Shown: one piece after another, positions 23,339 through 36,171 of the stretch | Numbering within the stretch: the first letter of the stretch is position 1 | Layout: every line of letters begins with the position of its first letter | From: Ptychomitrium polyphyllum | Taxonomy: Eukaryota | Length of the DNA: 64,000 nt | Direction of reading: 5' to 3' | Assembly (NCBI GenBank): GCA_973851085.1 | Contig: OZ316775.1 | Span: 11,284,001 to 11,348,000 of the forward strand | Made by a program: the position numbers and the translations under genes | The notes under the pieces: generated by a model | What the model saw: only the letters and a program-made list of their open reading frames with translations | Database searches by the model: none | What the model was told of the DNA's origin: nothing

Positions 23339-26300
23339 TCATCTCTGTATCGTATTGTGCTTGAAATTGTTTTCACCTTCCTCGTCGTCATTATTTTTCT
23401 TCACTTCCTTCTTCAAGGTCTTTCCACTGTCGTCCAACTCTTCTTGCACTTCCGACACTTCCTTCATCACAACCTCCCCTGTTTCATTCCTCTCAACTCT
23501 ATGTGCCTCCGCTTCCTTGTATGCAACACCGCCTTTGCTGTTCAGCTGGTACCTCTCCGTCACATTCATGCTCTCATCCTTCTCCATTATTCCTTGCTCA
23601 TTCACCTGCTTCGTCTCACTGTTAGTCTCCTTCTTCTCAGATGCCTCATTCTTCTCCTTTTCCTGTGTGAAGCTGATGGTCTCTTCACCAGGGACGTCCT
23701 CATTGGCACAACGACTAGTTGTGGTGCCTGAGACCTTTTCTTTTACAGCCCCAGGCTCAGAAGCTTCTGAAAGCTTCTCATCGTCATGCTCCACTCGGAC
23801 ACGCTCCTCTGTCTGCACGATCTCATCGTCCTCCGTGTCGTCCCGGCTCACAAGATACTCTCCTTCTTTCAAAACTTCTTGGCTCTTCCGACCGCCCCAC
23901 TTGTTGATCTTTTCGTGGACGTTTTCATTGATTTTGGAAACGTTGTCTTTTAGTTTGTCGTTCATTTTTGAGACATTTTCTTGCACAGTTTCGTTCAAGT
24001 TTGTGATGCCGGACTCAACAGGTTCAACTGCTTGTGCCACAGTGATCTTCACATCCTCCACAACCTGGACAACCACCCACAGCACATGCTGGATCAGCAA
24101 CAACTTGAGCACAGCACAGGTAAGCTCCAAACACGGCAAGCAACTAAATGCAAGCTTAGCAAGTAGGCTTGATTACGTGTTCACCGCCTCCCATGACCAC
24201 GTCTTTCACGCTTTCCTTGACACTGGTCGCAGCAGCTTCAACATCTTCTTCCAACTCGTCAGCCACACTGTCGATTTTATTCAAGTTATGTTGGTTGTCC
24301 CTTTTGTACGGCACAGCGGGGTACACATAAATGTGCGCCACTGCTGCAACAGCCATCTGTGTGAAAAAAAATGATCAGTAATCAGGCAAAAAACGCCAAC
24401 AGAAAAAATGACTGAAGCAGAGCGTGATATATACGGAGCCAGGGCATGAAGATAACTTCAAAATATTAATAAAAGGAAAGATTGAGTTGTACTGGTAGTC
24501 CATGTTCATTGGAAAACATTTCTTCTGGTAATTGTGGGTTTTCTTGTGATATGGTAGAGAGTATTAATTCTAAGAAAATCATGGCTTTTGAAAAAAAAGA
24601 TGCTTACTTCGATACAGATAATGAAGTCTTGTAAATTTGTCTGGAGCATATCAGTTTGCTCTTGAGAGGGATGGCCAGGTAGCCACTTCTGCGCAACTCC
24701 TGTTGCGAAGAGTATAGCAATAACAACACCTTGCCACCATGTGACAAAGACCACAGCTTTGAAGCACAGAAACTTAGCCAGGGGATTGATTTCATGAAGC
24801 TCGTGCTTGGTCACATAGTAGAACTGGACGAGGCAATAGAGGGCCCACATCTGACTGAAGTTTTGGATGATTGTTACATAAGGGTACCTGAATTCAGAAC
24901 AACAGCACAGGAACAAGGAGTAAGATTGGTGTGGTATTCCATGTAACAGGCCACGAAAACATTCACTGATAGAGAAAAGACATGCCAGAAAGTGCCATTG
25001 AAATTTAGTGATTGAACTCACCCCACGGAAAAGTCGAAGTCCCCTTCACCATACAAATCGAACAAATTCAAGACAAATGCCGCCCATGAGCAAGCTACCT
25101 TGATTATCATCTGAAAACAAGCAACAGGATGCACAATCAGAAGCAAGACACAAAAATACAGAGTAACCTGGAAATGGACTTCCTTCCCTAAAAATGTGGA
25201 AAACTACTGAGTTTACACAGTTACTGTAGCTTTCATCTCAGATAGGTCTTGATGTGATTACATTGTCACAAACAAGGATTGAGAACCCACACGAGCACCG
25301 GCCACGGCATTTCTACCAACTTGGGTTCACGTTCCAGCCTCATTCCGACATTATATGACGACATTAAGTTGTAGATGTTAAGCATTCAGATTCAGTTGTA
25401 AGACTTACATATTGAACGATGCCAAACTTGGCAGAGTCGTAGAAGGAGCGACCGAGGGGCCAAGAGTGCGTAACCCATCTCAGAGGGATGGGATGAACCA
25501 CCTCATGGGGTCCTGTTTCTGTGTCTAGCAGGGGCTCATGCGCTCCTTTTTTCCCTTGCTTAGCCAACCTCTGAACAGCAGTTTCCTCGCCCCCTGCAAG
25601 TCAAACTGAAGCATCAACATAATCACGACCTAGAGATTCTATCATGATAATAATGCATTGTCCAAAAAGAAACAATAGTTCAAAACAAAATTAAAATGGT
25701 CGGAATTATGAACGTTGGAGGTCTAACGTACCCATGCAAGCAATAAGATACCGCCCAAAGGAGTACAACGCGAACGCTTCGTAGCAATTGCCCATGATCT
25801 CGAAGTAGATGGCATATTTGGGAAAGCATAAGGATGCGAACTGAAACCAATGCTCAAGGGCACTGGATTAGAATCAGCTGGTAGGTTTCTCTTTCGTGTA
25901 ACTTAAATTTCCAAAGATGTATCACAACCAATGCTTGTGTAATCCTTTCAAACAACAACAAACATTGGTTTTTATGCTGGAGAGCCTGATGAGGTTGAGA
26001 AAGTTACCGATGTCATGTTATAGACAGGAACCATAAGAATGATGCCTATCAACCACTTCTGCTCCTGCATCACAGCAAAAGACAACCACGTCAAAACCCT
26101 GCTCAGAATTGGTATGCTAATTACAAGAGAAAATAGTCCCGATCCTGGATCCATCTTCGTATCTGTAAACAGCAAGACAAAGTACAGAAATTTCGTAAAA
26201 TTACTTAACCAAATTATGAGCAAGCCTGGTAAAACTCGTCACACAATACACATTCGGTGATTTTCAATTCTGCTCCATAAGTTTAGGTTCGAAGTCGTCA

Positions 26301-26532
26301 TTGTTCAGAGCCTCACCTTGGGTTTATTGTAGCCCGAAAGGTGGTCAAATAAGAGATAGATTGAAAGGGAGAGGCCGAAGACCACAAATGCAGATGAGAT
26401 TATAAGCGCCCACGTCAGCAAAGACAGCTCGGACCCAAACTTCAGAACAAACGTTTCTACCACTACAGGCTTAGCTAACTCCTGCCAAGCTCCCCGGCCC
26501 ATGCTTACAACTGGTAGCCCCTTGTCCGCCAT
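23339..26532 (-). CDS. TMEM184/OST-alpha (DUF300) family membrane protein, LAZ1-like, about 613 aa
   Basis: Eight in-frame GT-AG exons: 26317-26532, 26008-26064, 25732-25840, 25409-25593, 25022-25110, 24608-24887, 24177-24356, 23339-24064. Family motifs: HLSGYNKPKEQKWLIGIILMVPVY, CYEAFALYSFGRYLIAC, KFGIVQYMIIK, NFSQMWALYCLVQFY, PLAKFLCFKAVVFVTWWQGV, LQDFIICIEMAVAAVAH. The segment SVKESVKDVVMGGGEHVVEDVKITVAQAVEPVE resembles plant LAZ1 homologs. A 5' UTR probably extends to about 27600. Confidence 0.93.
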
Positions 26533-28237
26533 GCTTGAAATCCTTCCACTACTAACTTTGATTGTATAACAAGATGCTGTCAATTGAATATTGAGGCAAA
26601 GATTGTCAGGCTTTAACCACTCTTAATGCAAAGCCTGGTCCCCACTAAACTGTCCACACTAATCAGCAACCCTCATATGGGAAACAAATCCTTCAAAAGC
26701 CTTTCCCTATTGATATCGAAACGATTTCCATTTGAGTCAGGCCCCTGTCTCCTCATTTTGTCATTAAAAATACTCCACAAGAACCTGGTTGAGCTTTCCG
26801 TGAGGGTCCACAGAAGATGTGCCTTTCGAATTTCCTGCAATCATTCAACAGACAGAATCGAGTCTCAGATTCACGCCAACTGCATTGTAGTCATCCAGTC
26901 AAAGCAGTCGATACTGTAAAATCAACTGCATTCGATAAGCGGGAGGCAATCGAGAGTAATCAGCAAAGGCCGACTGCAACTTGCAATTGGAGGAAAACCG
27001 TAACTTCATCTCCTCTCTGTTTCCACTACCGTCAGCTCAAAAGCTGAAGAGTGTCAACATAGAGCACTCCACAACATATGCCAACATGACTTTCCTAAAC
27101 AGTCAACAGAAAAGGGCGAAAAACCCCCGAGCAAAGGAAAAACACCAACCAAATTCATCATTGGGGACTCTGCTTCACATGTCGCAACCCTAATTCAACA
27201 CAGCATCTACTCTACCCTATCATAGAATGAAAAACACCAATTCTTCCCAACCTCAACACAGAGTCATGCACAGCACCACTCCCACTCCCCCATACGCCAA
27301 CCAAACACATGTATCTCATCTTCTCCCCCCCACAAGCCATCCAACAACTCACCTCTCCCAAACATCTCCTCCACCTCCAGACGATCCATGACATCCTCTC
27401 ATCCACACACCACCTTCTCCCACCCCTGCAGCACCCAACACTGCAACCTTGCGTCGTACTAGCATCCCCGAGCCATACGAAATCATCCTCCTGTGCCTCC
27501 CTGGAAAGCTCCAGCTCTCACTTTCCTACACTAACATCCCCATAGTCATCTCCACAATTTGCATATTTCGGCAACAGGTACCAAAAGTGAAAGTTTTAGT
27601 GTAGAAATGATGGACCTTCGACGAGAGAGAGAGCGAGAGCAAGCATTAGTTAGTGTGTCGGCCAAGATAGTGTCTTATTTTCGTTAGATTCGTTGATGGT
27701 GACAGACGTGACCTACGCTCCAGCTCGGAATGTATGGAGTAGGGTGCCATGTGGAGAACACCTGGCAGAGAGTGTGGGGACTTTGGTCGTGGTCCGGCTG
27801 GGGGCGCAGAGTGCACAAGAAACCTGCCCATGCATTTACTATTTCTTAAAACTGGTGGGCCCACTACTTGGAAAATTTATCTCCGATGGAGACCGGTGTG
27901 AATAGGGGAACTGTTCTGAGGGCCCTGTATTTAGGATCCAGGATCTCAGTGGGTAGTTTAGGAGTACTGCCCTTGTTGGACCACTATGATATGTAAAGTA
28001 TTTGTAGGCACCTTCCAAGTTGCAGTCGATTCCAAACCTTGGACATTTTATATGTAGTAAGGAATGGCAATTTGTGCATTACGAGCATTTGAAGATTTGT
28101 TTTTTTTCTTATTCTTTTCCTGTAGCATGTTTTTCTCTTTGGCAATTGTTGACTCAACAATGGATTTTAATCTTTTGTATGCTAATTGCTTGATGAGGAA
28201 TCTTGATTTTTATTGAATTTTGATATTAATAGGTTTG

Positions 28238-29209
28238 TGTTAGAGACACCAAAAATAAAAAGTGGATACAAAGTGTTTCCCAAGAATTAGCTTCCAAAAA
28301 GCTAATAATTAATACAAATTGATACAAAGACAAGAACAAGAGCATACTACAATATAATCTACAACTTGTTTTGGCAAGACTAAGGTATACCTTGTATCAC
28401 GGACATAGATCATGGGACATAGTCCTTAAAACATTCTAGAACCTTCTAATATAGTATAATAGCTTCTTAGAATACTTTTAAATGTCTCCATAGTCTTTCC
28501 ATATTCCTAGGAAGCTTCCTATGAAAGTTCCTCCACCTTAGGAAACTTCCTAGAAAGGTTCTATCATCTTAAGTAACTTCTTAAGAAACTTCCTACGAAG
28601 ATTCCATCACCTTAAGAAACTCCCTAAGAAGGTTCCATTATTTTAGGAAACTTCCTAAGAAGGTTCCAACATCTTAGGAAACTTCTTAAGAAAGTTCCCT
28701 AGACTTCGAGAACATTCTTAAACAATGTAGGAAGCATCTTTAGAAATATCCTAGGGGATACAAACGTCATAGTATAAATAGGAGGCAAGACAAGGTATTC
28801 CTTAGTCTTGCTAACACAAGTTGTGGATCATCTTGAATCTTGCCTTGTTCTAGTCTTTGTATCAAGTTCTTGTTAATCATTAGCTCTTTGGAAGCTAATT
28901 CTTGGGAAACACTTCGTTTCTGCTTTTTGTTTCTTCTGTCCTTAATACCTTGTCTTGCCTCCTATTATACTATGATGCTTGTGTTTCATAAAATACTTCT
29001 TAAAAAAATTCTACAAAGTTTTAAAATGTTCTAGAAGTCTATGGAACTTTTTTAAGAAGTTCTCCAAGGGAGTGGAACCTTCCTAAGAAATTTTCCAAGA
29101 AAATGGAATGGCTATGGAAGCATTGAAAGTATTCTGAGAAGCTACTACAATATATGAGAAGGTTCTAAAAGATTCTAAAGCCTATGTTGTATGATCTATG
29201 TCCGTGATA
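28238..29209 (-). mobile_element. Solo LTR (family A, outer copy) interrupted by a second copy
   Basis: Segments 28238-28394 and 28953-29209 join into a sequence colinear with 16731-17251 (...gactaaggtataccttg|tcttgcctcctatt...). Termini are TGTTAG and CGTGATA on the plus strand. Confidence 0.88.
28395..28947 (+). mobile_element. Solo LTR (family A, inner copy, 553 bp) in opposite orientation
   Basis: Begins TATCACGGACATAGATCAT and ends CCTTAATA. Perfect TSD CCTTG at 28390-28394 and 28948-28952. TATAAATAGG at about 28772. It is the reverse-complement homolog of 16731-17251. Confidence 0.92.
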
Positions 29210-30131
29210 CAAACAAGTATCTTAAATGTAATATTTGGTTATAAAGAATAGCAATCAATACAATATTCCTTGTACATACTTGGAAATATCCAATTATAAC
29301 ATTGAGATCTTATAATGTGCATTCACAATGTGGTATGTAGGCTTCAAATGGAAGATCTACAATATAATCACAATATATTATGAGGCTTCAAATCTAAGGT
29401 TTCAAGCATAATTATCAATCTTGCAATTAAAATAGTAGTTACTTTGCACTTCAAAAGACCAAGCCTTTAATTAGATATTAAATAAAACACTTCAAAGTTT
29501 AAAGTTTAAAGATATCAAATTTGAATTCTAACTTTTTAGATTGCATATATAATGTCAATGAAACAAAGATTTTGGTATACTTGGCTCCACATCAATGCTT
29601 TAAATATAAATTTTATAAATTTTGGATACTTTAGTGGATTTAAATTGGCAAATGTATGAAGATATGTTTGTATTTCTACAATAATTGTATTTACTATATA
29701 TTTTGAATATTCCATTTTCCAAAAACTTCATCAATCAACAAGAATTATTTTTTGCATTATTCACAATGAAACCTAAAGAAACATTTATTTATAACCATGA
29801 ATGGAAATTGTGACTTTTAATATCTATATTAAGCACTAAATGCATAGCCGGCATGGCGTTTTAAAACATATCACAAGAGCTTATTGAATCAATGTAAACA
29901 ACAGACGCTTGGCTAATCAAAATAAAAAGATATGCTCAAAATGATCACTTCAAGATTGTATCATTAATACAAAGTGTAGGATTTACAATTTTTTATTGAT
30001 TGCTCTCATTATACTACGTGAGTATTACACTTCATTGTTACCATATAAGCGCATTTAATGTTGTTCTTTTGTAATTTGACATGGATATGAATAGAGACCT
30101 TGCAAAACCCAATCATCACTATTTAATGCTA

Positions 30132-30501
30132 TGTCAACGTAGTTTCTCTCCACAATCAAGAAACTAATTATTTACACAAGAATCAAGCTATCTCTCACTC
30201 CACAAAGGGAGAATCCAAGAGTGCAAGTGTAAGAGAGAACTCAAGACTTTACTAAAGGCTACTAAATCACAGCCATAAGAAAGCAACAACATAAATTTCC
30301 TCTCCAAAAACACACTCACAAGACTTGACCTAACAACAATGTCAAGTCAAGAAGCTCTTCCCCTACTTACAACCAAATCCTAGGTGGATGAGCCCTGAAA
30401 TTTGGATGAAATTCATTCAACTATAATATGGACTTGTACAGGAGTCCATTTAAATAAAATAATTGATGTGATGTGGCCATCTGATGTTACTTCAAGTGAC
30501 A
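30132..30501. mobile_element. Probable solo LTR of a second family (370 bp)
   Basis: Termini TGTCA...TGACA form a perfect 5-bp inverted repeat, flanked by the direct repeat GCTA (30128-30131 and 30502-30505). Composition differs from the flanks. No second copy in the window. Confidence 0.6.
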
Positions 30502-32824
30502 GCTATAAAGCATGAATGCCATCTTAAAAATGGATGCACAAAAAAAATTAATGTCAATGTTAGTGGTTTGTATAACCTTTAATAGAAAAAAAATTATAGT
30601 TTCAATCCAATAATTAGACCATGTTTTCAAACATGCAATTTCATGATCTAGTAGAAATATAAAGATTGACAAATTTGATAGTATCTTATGGTTTTTAAAA
30701 TTTAATTATCATTGAAAAAAAATTTACATTCACAACATCAACACTTGCAATTCAATGTATTATTTGTATGAGTCACGTGAAGAAATTCAAGATTAATATG
30801 AGATTAGTTCTTCTAGTGTTGAGGATGGTTATATGGCCATGTGATTGATGTGTATGGTGGCATTGCTTAATCAATTCTTTTACATATTGACATATAAAGA
30901 GATGCTACATTTATAAATGTTGAAGTATATAATGCATGTGTTTTTGAATACAATAGCATGTTTTTTTATTCTTTGAATTTGTGTTTTTAATTATTTATAT
31001 AACATGTTTTGATCTTTGAAAAAACAAGAGGTGAAAAAAAAACGAATCAATACTTTCAAACTTGAGGTCTAAGTGTTTGAATGTAATCTTTTATTTTGAT
31101 GAACTTGTAGTATAAAAGTAAATGTCCTTTAAGGGCGTATATATATGTATATATATATTCATATAGATATAGAGTTAGAGTAGATTATACAAATAAAAAA
31201 AATTGTTCTTATTGTCCACATCATTTGTTAATGTTGTAATAAATCTAGAAGCCTTCTATGATATTATAACTTTATTTTCTAAAATACTTTAAATCCTTAT
31301 AAACATAAGCATAAATAATAGACAATTTGTGCTTAATCGTTGCACCAAAGAGTTATTTGATAGAAAATTAAGAAAACCTTCATTATCATGATTTTATTTT
31401 GGGTGTCTTCAAAAGAATGTTTGTTGTAATAAAATCATGGTTTAAGAATATAAAAGGTCTAGTACATCATTAAATGATCCATGAACCACATATCTATTCC
31501 ACCTATCATTCATAATTATCAATTCATCCACTTGCATCAAACATAATCACTACATTCGACTTGTACTCGAATCCACTAAGATATAATTCCCAAACACATA
31601 GAATCTTTTCTAAGCTCAAAGATGTCTAGCTCAAAAATGAATATCACCATAGACAAACCAAAGAATCAATGCAAGGCCTATCACCATTTATATCCCTCAC
31701 TATTCTTTAAAAAACACCACTCTCATTTCATCACTTCATATTTGGGAAATAATAAAAACTCGGTGACAAACCCCCCAAACAAAAAAAAAGCAAGTCCCAA
31801 ACTAGAACCATCACTGCACCCAAACGTACAAACCATCTACACTTGGTGCAGCGATGGCTCTGCCAACGCAGCACTTCCTCCCACGAAGCTGAGCTTCAAC
31901 TCAAGGTCATAACCCCCCTCACCCGCACCTAACCACCGCCCACCCCATGACCGTCCCACCTCCTACGACCGCCTCCTTCGCTCTAGACCGTGGTGTCGAG
32001 CCCAGAAGGGAGCGTCGTCCAAGGAGAGGAGAGGAGAGGAGAGAACGTTGTGCGTGCAGTGTGTGGGCGAAGGCAGCGTCTTCATGCTTGCTGGGGGCTA
32101 CTCTTGCGGTCATTTGCAGCTGCAGAGCTCGTCTCTGCATTCCTCTCCATGGAATGTGCCATTGCTCTCTTCTAACCGCAGCTGGCGGGGTCCGGAACGT
32201 AATCAGGTGAGCTTAACGCATCACACTGACTGGGGAAATGGAGACGCATGGATCAGGGGATGGGCTTGGCATGGGGTTGTTTGTTTGTTGGCATGCTGGC
32301 TTTGGCATGTTGGTTTTGCAGCTACAGGTTTTTCCATTACCAGGAGTGGTCGTGGTTTGCGCTCCTCTGCTTGGAGGGTTCACCGGGGGGTTGTGGAAGT
32401 AACCGGTGGTTTGGAGTACTTTGTAGCGGTCAGAGTGATGTGGAGGTGTGTGTAGAGGAGCCGGATTGTGCAAAGTTAGGGTTTTCGTGTGGGCGTCGGT
32501 GTCAGGGTCGGAGATTTCTGAAGAAGGATCGGTTTGTGACCTTTCCTTTTGGCAATGTGGATGTGAGGTGTGGTTGAGGGACGGCGAAGCAGATTGATGT
32601 TTGTTTGAAGGTGTGGATTGGAATGTACTGTTGCGTGGATTTGGTGTTGATGTGTGCTTTTATGTACTGGATGGTTGATGTCATGGGAACTGGAGTTTCT
32701 GGCCGAGGGTGTGCTAGAGGCCATGCGTGTCTTTTCGTTTTCTGCGAGTGACCTATGATTTGCTGTTTTGTGCAGGTGGTTTTACGATCCCGGAGAATCT
32801 GTGGCGTGTTGAAGGAGAGGAGCC

Positions 32825-35800
32825 ATGTCTATCGCGCTGGGTGCGTTGAAGGAGTTTGTGCGGCAGCCCACGGGGCAGAACCAGGCCGAGGATACGGTCT
32901 GTCTTCATGTGACGCACTCCAACCTTAAGCAACGGTTCATCGAGATTCGCGTTGATCTCCATGTAATTTCGGCATCTTTATTCCCATTCACCCTAGCGCA
33001 CTTGCAGTTATGACTGAATCGAATCCCAGCGTCCTTTGGTTTTGTGGCAATCCTCTTACTCGTGCCTTTCTGTGATGGATTTTTATCTTTATCTTTTATT
33101 GCGGGATATCTGTGTGTTGCATAGCCGTTTCACTTCCATGTTGGTCTTGGAGGACTTGCTTTTCTAGGTTACGGTCCTCTTTTAGGTTTCGTCATTTGGT
33201 CCTGTGATGATATTATTGCAGACAACCATCGAGGCGGTGAAGGAAAGACTACGTGATCGATGTGGTACTGCTGTAGAGTCGATGCACTTGCAGCTTTATG
33301 ACGATGACAACAATAAAATCTGTGACTTGCTTGAGGATTTTCGACCATTGGGTTATTACTCCCCTTATGATGGGTATGCTGACCTTAACTCTTGCTCCTT
33401 AAGTGGCTTACTATGCATGTCGTGCCTAATTTTCTCTAATTGCGACAGTTTACTTGTTGTCTCTTGATTGTTGATACTTCAGCTTATCCTTATATAGAGC
33501 TGTTATTGGTCGGTTCAGGACAGCAAGTCAACTTCATCTCTTGATAATGTCATTGAGGAACAGTATTGTTGAAAAAAATGCCACAATTTCTGAACGTATC
33601 TAAAGCAGATTAGTTTAATGAATTAGCACATGCTGGATGCAGTTGCAACTTGTCGAGTCTTAGTGTCTGTTCTCAACGGCAGGCTCATGGAGAGTGGCAA
33701 TTATTGCACTAGCATGAGTTTCTGTACGCTAGCTTGTGCAGAGTTAGTGTTCCAGGTCATCCCGTCTTAGATTCGCTGTTGTCATCTCAGCTCACATCAC
33801 CCAGTGCTCTTCTCTGAGTTACTCTGTGAACAATGAAGTGCGAGCTAAGTCAACTGGTAAGGTGCTTAGACCCTGTTGTGGGGTTTTAACCCTTGATTGT
33901 CTGAGCGTCCAAGAAGTGGACGACATACAGGTTCAGTCGTTAGTAGTTTCCTGAGTTTGCTTCGTAAGGAATCAGCTCATACTTTTAAAATGTATTGCGA
34001 AGAAACATTTTGAGACTGAATTCGCTGTCAAAGTGGAGCGACGGTCTCTCCCCAAGCAATCAAACTTGGGTCAAACCCTATGATCTTTTCATTCGATTGC
34101 TTTGATGTAATCTGAAAAGTTGCATATAGATGTATGAACAAATGACTTCATAGTCATACGGTTAGATGATTTATGATTTTCCTTCCATGGCGTAAGTACG
34201 GGTTCAAGAACCTTGTATTTTAGGTTGAGTTTAGCCTCTCGAACACCCAGGGACCTGAAGGGTTTATAACTGGTCTGCTTAAACTGTTAAGAGTATGTGG
34301 TTGTGTCTTCGTAGCCACTCGAGTCTCTCGCATAATTTTTGTTGTGCTTTCTTGTCTTCTTCCAGGTTCCGCTTACACATTATCGACAAGAATCCCACAT
34401 CATTGTCCGCAGGCGGGTGGTTAGAGGACACTTCCTTGGTGGAAAAGTATACTATATCTGAGGATGCTTATAATAAGCGAGAAGGTTAGTGAATTGTTGA
34501 ATCATGCTGTAATTTTCAATAAGCAGGTTATATCCAGCTATTAAATGAATGTATATTGTTAGGAGAGCTCGAGGTGGATTCTCTTTCTAAAATCGGGTAG
34601 GCCTCGATGTGCTACTTAAGCGCGCTTCTTCTCGAATCTATAGACAAGATAATGAGGGTGTAGTTATTGATCCTTTGCTCGTGTCTTCTTTTCCAGATAC
34701 TTACAGAAAGTACCGCTTAAAAAAACTTGCTGAGGATCCAACATGGAGTTTGGCGAAGGTGATGTTTTGAAGCTTCTTTAAGTGTATGTTAATTCAGAAT
34801 TTTGAGTTGTGTAATACCGGGAGATCGAGAGCAGTTTAGAATTGTGTTTACAAGGATTTTGTTCGATATTCTGCTCTTAAATATCGCTTAACCTCATTGT
34901 GCTCTTTTGTTTTTTTTGGTACAGGAGATTGCAATTCGTAAGGGTGAAACTTATGTTGCACCGGAGGTAATTCGTCTAAACGTCTAAATTGTCCTTTTTA
35001 TCTCTGTTTCGTATTGTAATTCACATACTTAATCTGTTGTCCTTAGGGATTTTTAATGATTCATCTAGAACTGTTAGTACCTCATGGTAACGTTTGTTAC
35101 ACGAAGAGACTATTTCTTAAAGGATTACACCTGTTCGTGATTTGTTATTGCAGATAACAGATGATTATATGGCTGATATTGCTGCAAATATTAAGGTTAG
35201 TCATTGTCATTCTTATTGCTTTCTTTTTTTAAATTCGACTTTGACATGCATGACGGAGCGATGAGAAATTTTAAGTTCTCAAGAATATTCATACTCTGCT
35301 TTTGTGTTCCTATTATTGTGTTTGCATGTGTATATGTAGGTTATTTCTCTTTGAATTTTATTTTCTGAATTTGCGTTAAGTTTTTCTCATGTGGTGAGTT
35401 TGTTATGGTAGATAAGATTTTAATTTTTAATGTGGAGATTTTCTCAAGTCCAGTGCTACTCTATTGTAGGTTGGTCACCGATGTGAAGTTGACCCGGGAG
35501 GCAAGCGAGGAGAAGTGAAATTCGTTGGGAAAGTTGATACGCTGGCTGCTGGTTACTGGGTTGGAGTACACTATGACGAACCTGTTGGCAAGCATGATGG
35601 CGTGTACGCCCTCTTGATCCTTCTTGGGTCTCCTGGCATTGTTTCAATTACAAAATTACTGTAAATTTTGGGTGCTCTGGTAGAAACTCGAGCGGATCGA
35701 CAAGTCCTGAAGTGTATCCAACTGATAATTTACAAAATTGTTGGTGTGCTTGCAGATTAAAGGGCAAGCGATTCTTCACCTGCCCACCGGGCCATGGCTC

Positions 35801-36171
35801 TATGCTTCGACCTGACAAGGTTAAGGTAAGTATGGATTGCTTACCTGCTGATAGAATCTAGTATTACGAACCTTCAAACTACGGCTAGCCATTACAAAGA
35901 TTTCAAGATTACTTTGTTTTTAGGTGATTAGTAAATTTCTTAATTCCGAAAATTGAACGTAAATCTACTTTTTGATTGACCAAATTCTTCTCTAGTGGAG
36001 AGGCCGATTGACTGGAAATCGCACTGGGATTCATTATTATGTCTTAGTTGTGGCATAACGGTGTTGATGACATTGTATGCGTTTACAGCTTGGGCTAATT
36101 CATGGGACTTTATACAGATTGGAGACTTCCCAGAGCGTGATCCCTTTGAAGACGAGTTTGAAGAAATGTAA
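32825..36171 (+). CDS. TFCB: Tubulin-folding cofactor B (ubiquitin-like plus CAP-Gly domains)
   Basis: Exons about 32825-32962, 33222-33373, 34366-34484, 34697-34758, 34925-34966, 35154-35195, 35470-35603, 35756-35826, 36118-36171. UBL part: VTHSNL...TIEAVKERL...CGT...MHLQLYD...[42 protein letters not shown]-Gly part: [20 protein letters not shown]...[58 protein letters not shown]. 5' UTR intron about 32207-32775. Confidence 0.95.

Noticed and set aside
23355..24374. 339-aa S/F-rich ORF on the + strand
   Set aside because: Antisense shadow of the E/K-rich last exons of the LAZ1-like gene; no independent evidence.
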